Source: Candidatus Babelota bacterium (GTDB lineage: Bacteria; Babelota; Babeliae; Babelales; Vermiphilaceae). Taken from it: a stretch of DNA of 32,000 bases. Shown piece after piece: positions 8,101 through 14,829 of this stretch. Position 1 is the stretch's first letter, and the number at the start of each line of letters is the position of its first letter. The stretch covers positions 900,001 to 932,000 of the forward strand of contig JBDHVY010000001.1 in NCBI GenBank assembly GCA_039809905.1, in the 5' to 3' direction. The notes under the pieces are model-generated. The model did no database searches. It had not been told where the DNA came from and worked only from the letters and a program-made list of their open reading frames with translations. A program made the position numbers and the translations under genes.

Positions 8101-9960
8101 AGCAATGAGTTGTTGCTGAGGCATTGCGCATTGCATTATTGTTTTTGAATTGAATGATTCACTAACCACGGTATATGATTGTGTTTGTAGATTAAGAGCG
8201 CCTGCAGTTGATTGCATGGTGATTCCATTGGGACCTGTTGCAACAATGCGGTTATTAAGATGTGTTTGATCATTATCAGTGATGCAAGAGAATTCATCAG
8301 TAGCAATATCCCCTGGCGATTGGTACGGGTTGATGTCGTTTGGTGCTAAGCAAAGCATAGTATGTTGCTGTAATTCATCGCTTGGTGTGGAAACGATTTG
8401 TGTAAGCAACATTGATGTGTCAACGTGCTGCACATCTTCAGGTGATATGATTTCTTTTTGGTTGTGCTGTTTCCATTGCAGAGCATTTTCCTGCAGCATT
8501 GCACTGATGCTTTTCTCTTGTGTTTTAAGTATTTTTCCTGCAAGCGTACTAATAAGTTGCTGTAAAAATGAATCAAAATTAATGCCACTGAGTGGATTGG
8601 AGATATTCTGCCAATCAAGCGGTATCGCTTGATTGTTTCCAAGGAGCACTCGGCTGTTGCCATCGATTCTTGTTGGTATACCAAGAGGAAATTCTGTTCT
8701 TACACTGCCATCGGCAGCTAATCGATAAATTCCCGGTTTTTGTGCTTCTTGTTGAATGTATTCAGTAACATTTACCAGCATTGGCTCAGTTGCAATTGTG
8801 GTATTGCGCCTGCGCTCTGTATTGATGAAAGATCCTGTATTGCCGGTGATGGCGACGGTGCCAGCATTCATGTTGCCGGTAATGGCAAAGTCACCCAAGT
8901 TCATAGTAATGTTTTCACCAGCTTGCGTGATACAGGATAAGATAAAAGGAGGAAGCTGATGGTCAAGTTGGCCAGCATAAGTTTTTACAATAATGTTTTG
9001 TGGTTCTTCAATATAGTGTGGTGAACTATGCAATAGAGATTTATTGTTGCATATTTTACCTCCACTACGAATTGAGCTTGCAAAATTGTAAATTTTTGTT
9101 TTTATTAAAAATTTAATCTCTTTTAAAGATTCCAGAATTGCCGGACCTGAACCAGCATATTGTGATGAAACGCCGTAACAATGCTTAGTGATGGCCTTTT
9201 CACGAATATGATCATATTCGTCAGCTTCAATGCTTATTATTCCTTGGGACGATATTTTGCCGGCAAGATTTTGAATTTTATTGTGTGCTATTATTTTACT
9301 ACCAATAGTATTTGTTACAGTACCATGATTCAGAAATATATTGCGAGCTGATCGAAGAGTAAGTATATTATCTGATGCCGCGTAAGACCCGTTACTTTGC
9401 TTAACCGCAGAAAAACGAGACATCATAGGTGTTTGGTTTCGATGCTCTTCTTTTTCAAATCGTTCAGCGCTTTGTATGTTCTTCCTGAGCCTTGCAGGTG
9501 ATCCGAATGAAGCATACAAATTGTATTGTTGTTTAATGTCTTCATCGATACCCCAGATTGAATCACCAACAGTAATATCGCCAATTGTTGATTCAATTAA
9601 TGTTGGGCCTTTGCCATACAATTTAGCGTAACGCCCATCAATTGCATCAGCAATGACTGTCAACGGTCCATGCGTTGCAGCAAGAATTCCCATTTCTTCA
9701 TTATTTTTTCCTAAGGTCAAAAGACCGTTTACTTTGAGTGAAAGGGTAGGTGTTTTTAACGCATAATGCAGAGTGAACGGACCATTTACTGTTAAATCAA
9801 GATGATTGATGTTTGAAAAACCATAATTTTGTTCGAAAGAAAAAGTTGAGGGCCTCAGCAGGTTAATAGCATAGCATGCAATAGTAAATTTTCCTGGTGT
9901 GTCTGGTAGTTTTTCTAAAAGTGGAAATAGATCAGATTGTTGATAAATGACGGGATTCAT
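5128..9960 (-). CDS. giant (1610 aa) multidomain toxin/adhesin-like protein
   Basis: This is a single uninterrupted ORF. The N-terminal ~420 aa is rich in short beta-strand-like repeats (e.g. ITGNMNAGTVAITGNTGSF). The central Ala/Gly/Thr-rich hydrophobic block (DNA ~6600..7290, e.g. ALVVIALAITWYTQGMG...SAAGIAAVNAGISAV...ALVGGLSGF) recalls the DUF637/FHA-2-type regions of FhaB/CdiA-like exoproteins. A basic linker follows (KKNTKHITKPARKNSPRKTD). The C-terminal domain carries VLGHGNPH (H1446) and INLFSCQCAAE (C1506/C1508). There is no N-terminal signal peptide and no obvious SD. Confidence 0.85.
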   Translation of the reverse strand: MNPVIYQQSDLFPLLEKLPDTPGKFTIACYAINLLRPSTFSFEQNYGFSNINHLDLTVNGPFTLHYALKTPTLSLKVNGLLTLGKNNEEMGILAATHGPLTVIADAIDGRYAKLYGKGPTLIESTIGDITVGDSIWGIDEDIKQQYNLYASFGSPARLRKNIQSAERFEKEEHRNQTPMMSRFSAVKQSNGSYAASDNILTLRSARNIFLNHGTVTNTIGSKIIAHNKIQNLAGKISSQGIISIEADEYDHIREKAITKHCYGVSSQYAGSGPAILESLKEIKFLIKTKIYNFASSIRSGGKICNNKSLLHSSPHYIEEPQNIIVKTYAGQLDHQLPPFILSCITQAGENITMNLGDFAITGNMNAGTVAITGNTGSFINTERRRNTTIATEPMLVNVTEYIQQEAQKPGIYRLAADGSVRTEFPLGIPTRIDGNSRVLLGNNQAIPLDWQNISNPLSGINFDSFLQQLISTLAGKILKTQEKSISAMLQENALQWKQHNQKEIISPEDVQHVDTSMLLTQIVSTPSDELQQHTMLCLAPNDINPYQSPGDIATDEFSCITDNDQTHLNNRIVATGPNGITMQSTAGALNLQTQSYTVVSESFNSKTIMQCAMPQQQLIAPAGPVKVHSDKNITRTGTVIAAAHDVTEQSEHGSVIKNPLVLQTFTETRHEKNGLFSSSSRVETSLTHSALPCETHAGTILHDKAHVAIQATAQQDIAQQEIIYEAPQINIEGLLLANTFTSSEEKSGMFTDESKKSSKQTPFAAAAHMQSPRIRFLGESAQVNANIHATELHDETEKGIQFVAKVAEMLCSAQTLISSPLSSADIGFEAGYETMIPPMLMVEKIIRAQHDGHMLFESAIMDKNRTEIIGTFVETTYHLKQWQRNWHHVSPVFPDEALVVIALAITWYTQGMGMELLQPLLTNVTAATGMQLSAAGIAAVNAGISAVYSSATTSFLKTGDPINTAKQMVSPAHVQSLCFTMASAGLCTQLGSMLDINMEPGIKSLSQHVQQHALQSTVDTLLTTAITNAPLDKSLGKTIQQIPLKAIAAYASNEICAAYTHELIKQVGQALVGGLSGFAQEQSRKGFVSGVTGVVTAETIGALLIADSQAIADNAIARLNKKGIQKTPANIQRAIDHEVHERMKLAKIAAASVAALTRQNPTIAASAATNAIDNDIAVRGQLAALSEYQSLLAATSQAYATLHIHQEKTNPVHKKNTKHITKPARKNSPRKTDTNNAAHDLVLTSIEKSLNQNVYADLILEYAHSNNKQVQSKRSLHNRIVHPKIPRLIEQVTPIIRIAFVDALNKTIDTFAMIPNPLSIACFATGTTRDLYTGVTTPGEVIYNMALACGILKGIQIAGKGVKIVYQKGKGTIKNITDKVIDRVHQYRYALQGRVPFVPNPRAGKWTNAEVAIAEDDLVLTNSVHYEFARARWHKSQAAPFNVLGHGNPHTIWVDVQAIHPKGLSQSNLLQLIATGTVELNATQLARLIRTAPGYQKGQHINLFSCQCAAELNGIAQQLARRMRVPVSAFSENVGLQSNGLGFYTRNPDSGNVGIMKTFYPEKIWNYRLIALSLMPAFILSGDKVQHQQEEVPAEAFHRWTHDSLELGLD

Positions 9961-10248
9961 GGCGAAAAGTAATTGCGTAAAATATATAGAAAAAAAATTG
10001 AGAGATAAATGCTATGCTTTGCCATGATGATGCTTTCATTTTAATGATAAATGCATCAACTATAGCAAAAAAACATAAGATTATAAACAGAAAATGAGCG
10101 TTGTGATAAAGCTTGTTATATCGGTTAAAAAAAACGAGTGCTATATTCAAATCCGCAACACATAATTGTTTTTAATTTATGTTTTATATATTACGCTTAA
10201 CTATGAAAATTGGGTTTGAACATATAATCGTATAAGATATCTGTAATT

Positions 10249-10917
10249 ATGGAAATGGGCTTTTTAGGTTTCTTGTATGGATTGTCTTTATTTTTGGTGT
10301 CTCAGGAATCAAAGAAGGTACCAAAAAAATTAAATATTTATACTGATGCTCATAAGGCTTGCTATGGTTTTTATTCTTTGCCTTCAGAGATTCAAGAACA
10401 TATTACATCATTATTTATAAGTCATATAAGTTCAGAATTAAAGTACCAGAATTTTCAAAAGACGCTTTTAAATAATGGTATTTTCAGATCTGATTATTGT
10501 AAACAATTAGATCGTGAAGAAAATAAAATAGCGTATGATGAAGATCATCCAAATGATAGATATGTGCAATCATTATTTTATACTGAAAGATCTACACAGT
10601 ATTTTAAGCAAAATCATTATCATTTATGTTTGAAAAGATCGCGGTTAGGTATATTGAAGATGCTTGATTGTAAGCAGTCAGAGGTGTCTTTGGTAACATT
10701 TAAGAATAATGTTATTAAGGTGTATTATAAAAGAGATGATGAAGGATATGATCTTCAACTATGGCTTCTTTCAATAAATCAGATAAAAGATAAGTTGGAT
10801 TGTTTACCGTTTGCTTTGGCATATAAGGATTTTGATAGTTCAAAAAAAGATTTTATACCAATACATTTGCTTTGCAGAAAAAATATTACCTATGATTCCG
10901 TAGAATCCAATAAATAA
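10249..10917 (+). CDS. hypothetical protein with F-box-like motif
   Basis: 222-aa ORF. Residues 44-56, LPSEIQEHITSLF (DNA 10378..10416), fit the LPxEIxxxIxxxL core of F-box domains. There is no clear SD and the 3' end overlaps the convergent membrane-protein gene by 32 bp, so the call is weaker than its neighbours. Confidence 0.5.
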   Translation: MEMGFLGFLYGLSLFLVSQESKKVPKKLNIYTDAHKACYGFYSLPSEIQEHITSLFISHISSELKYQNFQKTLLNNGIFRSDYCKQLDREENKIAYDEDHPNDRYVQSLFYTERSTQYFKQNHYHLCLKRSRLGILKMLDCKQSEVSLVTFKNNVIKVYYKRDDEGYDLQLWLLSINQIKDKLDCLPFALAYKDFDSSKKDFIPIHLLCRKNITYDSVESNK

Positions 10918-11554
10918 TGAGGCTGCACACGGCAGCAAAAAAGCACCAGACTGATGGAAATGCCATAAGATAAAAAATATAGGCAATAATTGCGCTCATT
11001 CCTATAATAATTCCTAATAATTTCATGTATGGAACTGATGAGATAAAAAATGGAACAAGGGTTACAAAGAAATACAAAAAGCTCAGCGTAAGCGATCCGA
11101 TTCTACAATAAATTGGATTGGTGCAATCAAAAGGATACGGATCAACAGGATAATCAATGTGGTGATGTGTAATAACAGCACCACTTGTTTTTAAAAGCCA
11201 GTACCACAGAAAAAGCAAAGAAACAAGAATACCTAGGCATATTATTTTAAATAATAATTGCTTTCGTTTGTATATATCTTCTGCCCAATAAAGCGAAGCA
11301 GAAATCCAGGTTGGCCAAAACATTCCAGCAAAAAAAAGGAATACGTACATGCTGCTTACGTGCAGCAAGCTTGTTGTATCACCGTTATTAAGAGTTACCC
11401 ATACAAATCCTTCACTTGCTTGTTGAATACCAAAAAAAAGTGGAGTAAGTGCAATCGGTATAGTTTTTTTTGTGCGCACTTGTTTAATTGATAAAAGACT
11501 GATGAGTGATAAACCTGCAGCTGCCGTAAAACTTGCTCCTGCGGAAAAACACAT
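10886..11554 (-). CDS. polytopic integral membrane protein, function unknown
   Basis: 222 aa with about 6-7 hydrophobic helices. The N-terminus MCFSAGASFTAAAGLSLISL...PLFFGIQQASEGFVW resembles a conserved bacterial DUF membrane family (from memory). A strong SD (AAAGGAG) lies 6 nt before the ATG. Confidence 0.75.
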   Translation of the reverse strand: MCFSAGASFTAAAGLSLISLLSIKQVRTKKTIPIALTPLFFGIQQASEGFVWVTLNNGDTTSLLHVSSMYVFLFFAGMFWPTWISASLYWAEDIYKRKQLLFKIICLGILVSLLFLWYWLLKTSGAVITHHHIDYPVDPYPFDCTNPIYCRIGSLTLSFLYFFVTLVPFFISSVPYMKLLGIIIGMSAIIAYIFYLMAFPSVWCFFAAVCSLIIYWILRNHR

Positions 11555-11570
11555 ACCAAACTCCTTTAAA

Positions 11571-11645
11571 CCGTTCGATATGGTTCGACCAGCTCACCAC
11601 GAACGGAGGAGTATATTTGTTCCCTTCGTACTGAGCTTATCGAAG
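11571..11645 (-). promoter_or_regulatory. structured intergenic RNA element (two hairpins): terminator and/or 5' leader of the membrane-protein gene
   Basis: Read on the minus strand, the first hairpin is CUUCG-12 nt-CGAAG (11645..11624). The second is CCGUUCG-22 nt-CGAACGG (11606..11571), which encloses UGGU-CGA-ACCA. It is followed by UUUAAAGGAG and ATG 11554. CGAAC occurs twice, which allows alternative pairings. Confidence 0.3.
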
Positions 11646-11662
11646 TATATGAACATATAAAT

Positions 11663-12661
11663 TTAATAAACATTTTTAGTCAAATACGCACGCCCTGAAT
11701 CACCAAAAATGATAACAGCAACATCATCTTTTTTTAATTTTGGTAAATAATGCTGTACGCCCCAGGCTACTGCACCACTTGTTAATCCAACCAAAAATCC
11801 ATAATTACGAGCAAGGTTTTTAAGCATATTAAAAGCATCTTCATCTGAAACAGGAATAATTTCTTCAATAATATCGTTATTATCGTAGTTAATAATATCA
11901 GAATAAAAATCTATACCCATGCCTTCTACTTTATATGGCTTTGGATTTCCTTTGGTGGAATATAAGGAATTATTTGAATCGAGAGCGATTATCTTAATAT
12001 TGGGATTTTTTCCTTTTAAATATTTTCCTACTCCGGCAATTGTTCCGCCAGTTCCTGCAGCAGCAAAAAAATGAGTTATTGTTCCATTGGTTTGTTCCCA
12101 TATTTCTGCCCCGGTTAAATCATGATGTGATTGCGCATTTACGGGATTAAAGTATTGGTTAGGAAAGAAAGAATTGGGAGTAGATTCTTGTAGGCGTTTT
12201 GCTAAAGAAATATAACTATTAAAATCATCACTTGCAGCTATTGGGCATACGATAACTTCTGCGCCATATGCACGCATTGTTTGCAGCTTTTCCTGACTGA
12301 TTTTTTCGGATGTAGTGATAATAACTTTGTATCCTTTTGCAGCGCCAATCATAGCTAATGAAATGCCATAATTACCAGATGAAGCATCGATAATAGTTCC
12401 ACCAGGGTTGAGTTCACCTGATTTTTCAGCATGTTCTATCATATACAATGCAGATCGGTCTTTTATACTACCACCGGGATTGAGGTATTCAAGTTTGGCG
12501 TAAAGTGTTGCAGGTGTATCAAAAGGTAAACGAACAAGAGGGGTGTTGCCAATGGCTGAGAGTATATGATTATGCATAATATGAGGCCTTTTTTGATTAT
12601 GAATGATGCAATACATTAAAAATAATATACTTATCAGAATAATTATATGCTTTATCGGCAT
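11663..12661 (-). CDS. PLP-dependent cysteine synthase / cystathionine beta-synthase family enzyme with N-terminal hydrophobic extension
   Basis: Family motifs present: GNTPLVRL, LEYLNPGGSIKDRSA (PLP lysine), ASSGNYGISLAM and AAAGTGGTIAGVGKYLK. The start at 12661 has a strong SD (AAAGGAG, 5-nt spacer) and adds MPIKHIIILISILFLMYCIIH before the catalytic core. The alternative ATG at 12577 has a weaker SD. Confidence 0.9.
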   Translation of the reverse strand: MPIKHIIILISILFLMYCIIHNQKRPHIMHNHILSAIGNTPLVRLPFDTPATLYAKLEYLNPGGSIKDRSALYMIEHAEKSGELNPGGTIIDASSGNYGISLAMIGAAKGYKVIITTSEKISQEKLQTMRAYGAEVIVCPIAASDDFNSYISLAKRLQESTPNSFFPNQYFNPVNAQSHHDLTGAEIWEQTNGTITHFFAAAGTGGTIAGVGKYLKGKNPNIKIIALDSNNSLYSTKGNPKPYKVEGMGIDFYSDIINYDNNDIIEEIIPVSDEDAFNMLKNLARNYGFLVGLTSGAVAWGVQHYLPKLKKDDVAVIIFGDSGRAYLTKNVY

Positions 12662-12754
12662 AATAGCTCCTTTTTTTTTACACTATAGTCATCATTTATC
12701 AGAATGTCACTAAACGGTGAGCTTGATAGTGTTTTTAAGCTTAAATAACTCGGT

Positions 12755-12783
12755 TTGTAACAATATTGAAAGTGTGATATTAT
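12755..12783 (+). promoter_or_regulatory. sigma70-type promoter candidate for the ankyrin-repeat gene
   Basis: TTGTAA (12755-12760), a 17-nt spacer and TATTAT (12778-12783), with an extended -10 TGa at 12775-12777. It sits about 60 nt upstream of ATG 12842. Confidence 0.35.
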
Positions 12784-12841
12784 ATCCCAGAAAGCATTGT
12801 TGCAATAAGAAATTTAATGATAAGCTGAGAAAAGAGTCATA

Positions 12842-13789
12842 ATGATACTATGTGATAAAAAATTAGTGGTAGTAATGCTACTTTTGGCAATTTTTAATCG
12901 GGCGGTGGCGATGAAGCGATCGAGTGATGGACATGACTTAAATAATCCAAATAAGCGACTAAAAATGAGTCGTATTAGTACAAAAGATTCTGACATTTCA
13001 AGTTTTAAATCAGTTATTTCCAGTAGTTGGCCATCGCAAGTAACAAATACGTTTGCTAACAGTTCAGAGTGTGCAGTGTCGATTTATCAAGAGGAACAAC
13101 CTGTTGATTTGAGGGCGTCGCTTGAGGAGCAAGCACGAGTTAAGGCATTTGCTTTATCATATTACATGGCAGCAGACAGTAAGCTTGCTGATGCAATGGC
13201 AGCTTGCGATTTTGAGCAAACAAACCGGTATACACAGAAGCTATGTACATTAAAATCTTATCCTTTTGGCATAGTAGCTGGTATTGTAGCAAGTGATTTT
13301 TCAAGTCAACAAAAAATTAAATTGTTTGATAAAATTCAAAACATAATCAGTAGACAATTGCAAATAAAGCTGTTTAATCAAGTGAGTGGTGAGGGTTTTA
13401 AGCCTTTGGAATTGGCAGTTCAATATAATGATCATTCAATGGTTTATAACCTTATCAAGAGAGGAGCTGATCCAAAAGGCTTGGATCAGAGAGGAGAGCC
13501 TATTTTTTTACAGATAAAAAGAGTTGAAATAGGAACATTATTTTTAACCGCAGGTGTTCCCATAGATATTAAAAATAATAAGGGAGAAACAATATTATTT
13601 AATAATGCAACAATACTCCCTGAAGAAATAAAAATAGCGACATGGTTTATTGCAAAGCGTGGCAATATAAAACACAAAAATATTTATAATCAGAATGCTT
13701 TTCAGAAGCAGAATATACAAGGAAATGCAAATCCTGATTTGGAAGTTCCAGAAGAAATTTTGGAAAAACGAAGAATTTTTACACGTTAA
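12842..13789 (+). CDS. ankyrin-repeat protein with N-terminal hydrophobic/signal-like segment
   Basis: The C-terminal half carries ANK-like units: GFKPLELAVQYNDHSMVYNLIKRGADPKGLDQRGEPIF and LFLTAGVPIDIKNNKGETILF. The N-terminus is KKLVVVMLLLAIFNRAVA. Confidence 0.75.
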   Translation: MILCDKKLVVVMLLLAIFNRAVAMKRSSDGHDLNNPNKRLKMSRISTKDSDISSFKSVISSSWPSQVTNTFANSSECAVSIYQEEQPVDLRASLEEQARVKAFALSYYMAADSKLADAMAACDFEQTNRYTQKLCTLKSYPFGIVAGIVASDFSSQQKIKLFDKIQNIISRQLQIKLFNQVSGEGFKPLELAVQYNDHSMVYNLIKRGADPKGLDQRGEPIFLQIKRVEIGTLFLTAGVPIDIKNNKGETILFNNATILPEEIKIATWFIAKRGNIKHKNIYNQNAFQKQNIQGNANPDLEVPEEILEKRRIFTR

Positions 13790-13800
13790 TAATTTTTATA

Positions 13801-13834
13801 AAAAAAGCGCTCACTTAAAATGAGCGCTTTTTTT
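13801..13834. terminator. bidirectional rho-independent terminator
   Basis: A6, then stem AAGCGCTCA, loop CTTAAAA, stem TGAGCGCTT, then T-run. It lies between convergent stops at 13789 (+) and 13846 (-). Confidence 0.8.
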
Positions 13835-13845
13835 GTGTTCCATTC

Positions 13846-14811
13846 TTATCTAAATAAAATCATCAATAACGATAATATAACGGTATAAAGAACCATGGTT
13901 TCAATGAGTGTTTGTGCCAATATGCTTGTGCGAGAAAGAATGTTATATGAATCGGGATTCTCACCAATTTGCGTGCATGCTGCGGCAGCTGTTCTTCCTG
14001 AGCTAATGCCAGCACCAAGAGTACCAAAACCAGTACAGAAAGCTGCAGATAAAAATATAATGCCATCAATGCTATTATCAATTGGTGTGCGTGAAACAAC
14101 AAAAAGAAGAGTGATAGCAATTATGAGGCAGAAAATAATAGGAGTTTCAATAAGCGCTTCACTGATAAAAGTAAATGAAAGGAGCTTATCATATGCTTTT
14201 ATGTTTTTGCCTAAATTTTTTACTGCTGCTTTTGCAAAAGAGCTGAGACCAATTGCTGGCCCAATACTACCAAGACCAACACATAAACCACTTGCAATAA
14301 GACGGAGGCTATCGCTCATATTTATTGCGGAACTTGCTTGACCTTGAATAAAAAGAGACACAAGGAAAGCTGAAATCATTGGTGTTTGAATAAGAACTTG
14401 TGCTAAAAGCATAAATGATAAAATGCGGTGTGCAAAAAAAGGTTGCCGTGCAACTGCATCACATGCAGCTTGAGCAGGAAATGTTGAAGCAAGACCAATA
14501 GTGAATCCACTTATTCCCATTGCTGCAATGATGCCAAGTTCAGAATAGTAAGAAAATTCATTAACTGATTCTACATTCGTATACATGAGCAAAAAAATTG
14601 AGATAAGAAATCCCAATATTGCTACCGTTTCTACTAATGTCATACCAATAAATGCAACACGCATAATAGCATCTTTTGCTTGCGGTTGCCTATTCATAGC
14701 ACCAAGAGCACTCCAGCTGATAAGGCCTTCACCAAGACCAACAGAAATTGAACTTATGGCAATTGATAGAGTGATTGCACCATAGTGTAAATATTCATAT
14801 GAGAAGTTCAT
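13846..14811 (-). CDS. atpE: F-type ATP synthase Fo subunit c, four fused hairpins (8 TM helices) in one 321-aa polypeptide
   Basis: Four consecutive c-subunit-like helix-loop-helix units of 80-82 aa. Unit 1 is GLGEGL...AMNRQPQAKD...MTLVETVAILGFLISIFLL. Unit 2 is AVARQPF...AQVLIQTPMISAFLV. Unit 3 is NLGKNIKA...SEALIETPIIFCLI. Unit 4 is QIGENPDS...AQTLIETMVLYTVIL. It lies directly downstream of an F-type a subunit. Confidence 0.85.
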   Translation of the reverse strand: MNFSYEYLHYGAITLSIAISSISVGLGEGLISWSALGAMNRQPQAKDAIMRVAFIGMTLVETVAILGFLISIFLLMYTNVESVNEFSYYSELGIIAAMGISGFTIGLASTFPAQAACDAVARQPFFAHRILSFMLLAQVLIQTPMISAFLVSLFIQGQASSAINMSDSLRLIASGLCVGLGSIGPAIGLSSFAKAAVKNLGKNIKAYDKLLSFTFISEALIETPIIFCLIIAITLLFVVSRTPIDNSIDGIIFLSAAFCTGFGTLGAGISSGRTAAAACTQIGENPDSYNILSRTSILAQTLIETMVLYTVILSLLMILFR

Positions 14812-14829
14812 TTTATTTTATCCTAATTT

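Noticed and set aside
5785-8959. About a dozen 60-150-aa ORFs on both strands nested in the giant gene, for example 7629..8075 (-) and 8279..8632 (+).
   Set aside because: All lie within a single uninterrupted 4.8-kb frame. They have no SD sequences and have odd, Cys- or low-complexity-rich compositions.
5128-9960. Interpreting the giant protein as a classical two-partner-secretion CdiA/FhaB contact-dependent inhibition toxin.
   Set aside because: It has no N-terminal Sec signal or TPS domain motifs. There is no adjacent Omp85/TpsB gene, no co-directional small immunity ORF after the 3' end, and no VENN-type demarcation visible. Only a looser FhaB-like resemblance is retained.
9932-10150. 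72-aa ORF (-) in the AT-rich region upstream of the giant gene, overlapping its start.
   Set aside because: The predicted peptide is a highly hydrophobic, F/I/N-rich product typical of AT-rich non-coding DNA. It has no SD and overlaps the giant gene's 5' end. A small leader peptide cannot be excluded.
11571-11606. tRNA-like GGTTCGA (T-loop-like) and AGCTCAG (D-loop-like) strings that suggested a tRNA or tRNA fragment.
   Set aside because: I could not build acceptor, D, anticodon and T arms with correct spacing on either strand.
11472-11660. 62-aa ORF (+) covering the structured spacer and the 5' end of the membrane-protein gene in antisense.
   Set aside because: It has no SD and is antisense to a well-supported gene start. 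The region is better explained as RNA structure on the minus strand.
12814-12996. 60-aa ORF (-) antisense to the start of the ankyrin-repeat gene.
   Set aside because: It overlaps the better-supported plus-strand gene and its leader. It has no SD or recognisable motif.
13863-14785. ORFs nested in atpE on both strands (13863..14120 -, 13895..14341 +, 14585..14785 +).
   Set aside because: The 321-aa frame carries four recognisable c-subunit hairpins, and the others are frame or antisense shadows. I also considered that the 321-aa ORF is four separate c genes fused by sequencing error. No in-frame stops or internal SD/ATG pairs are visible at the unit boundaries. This still needs read-level confirmation.
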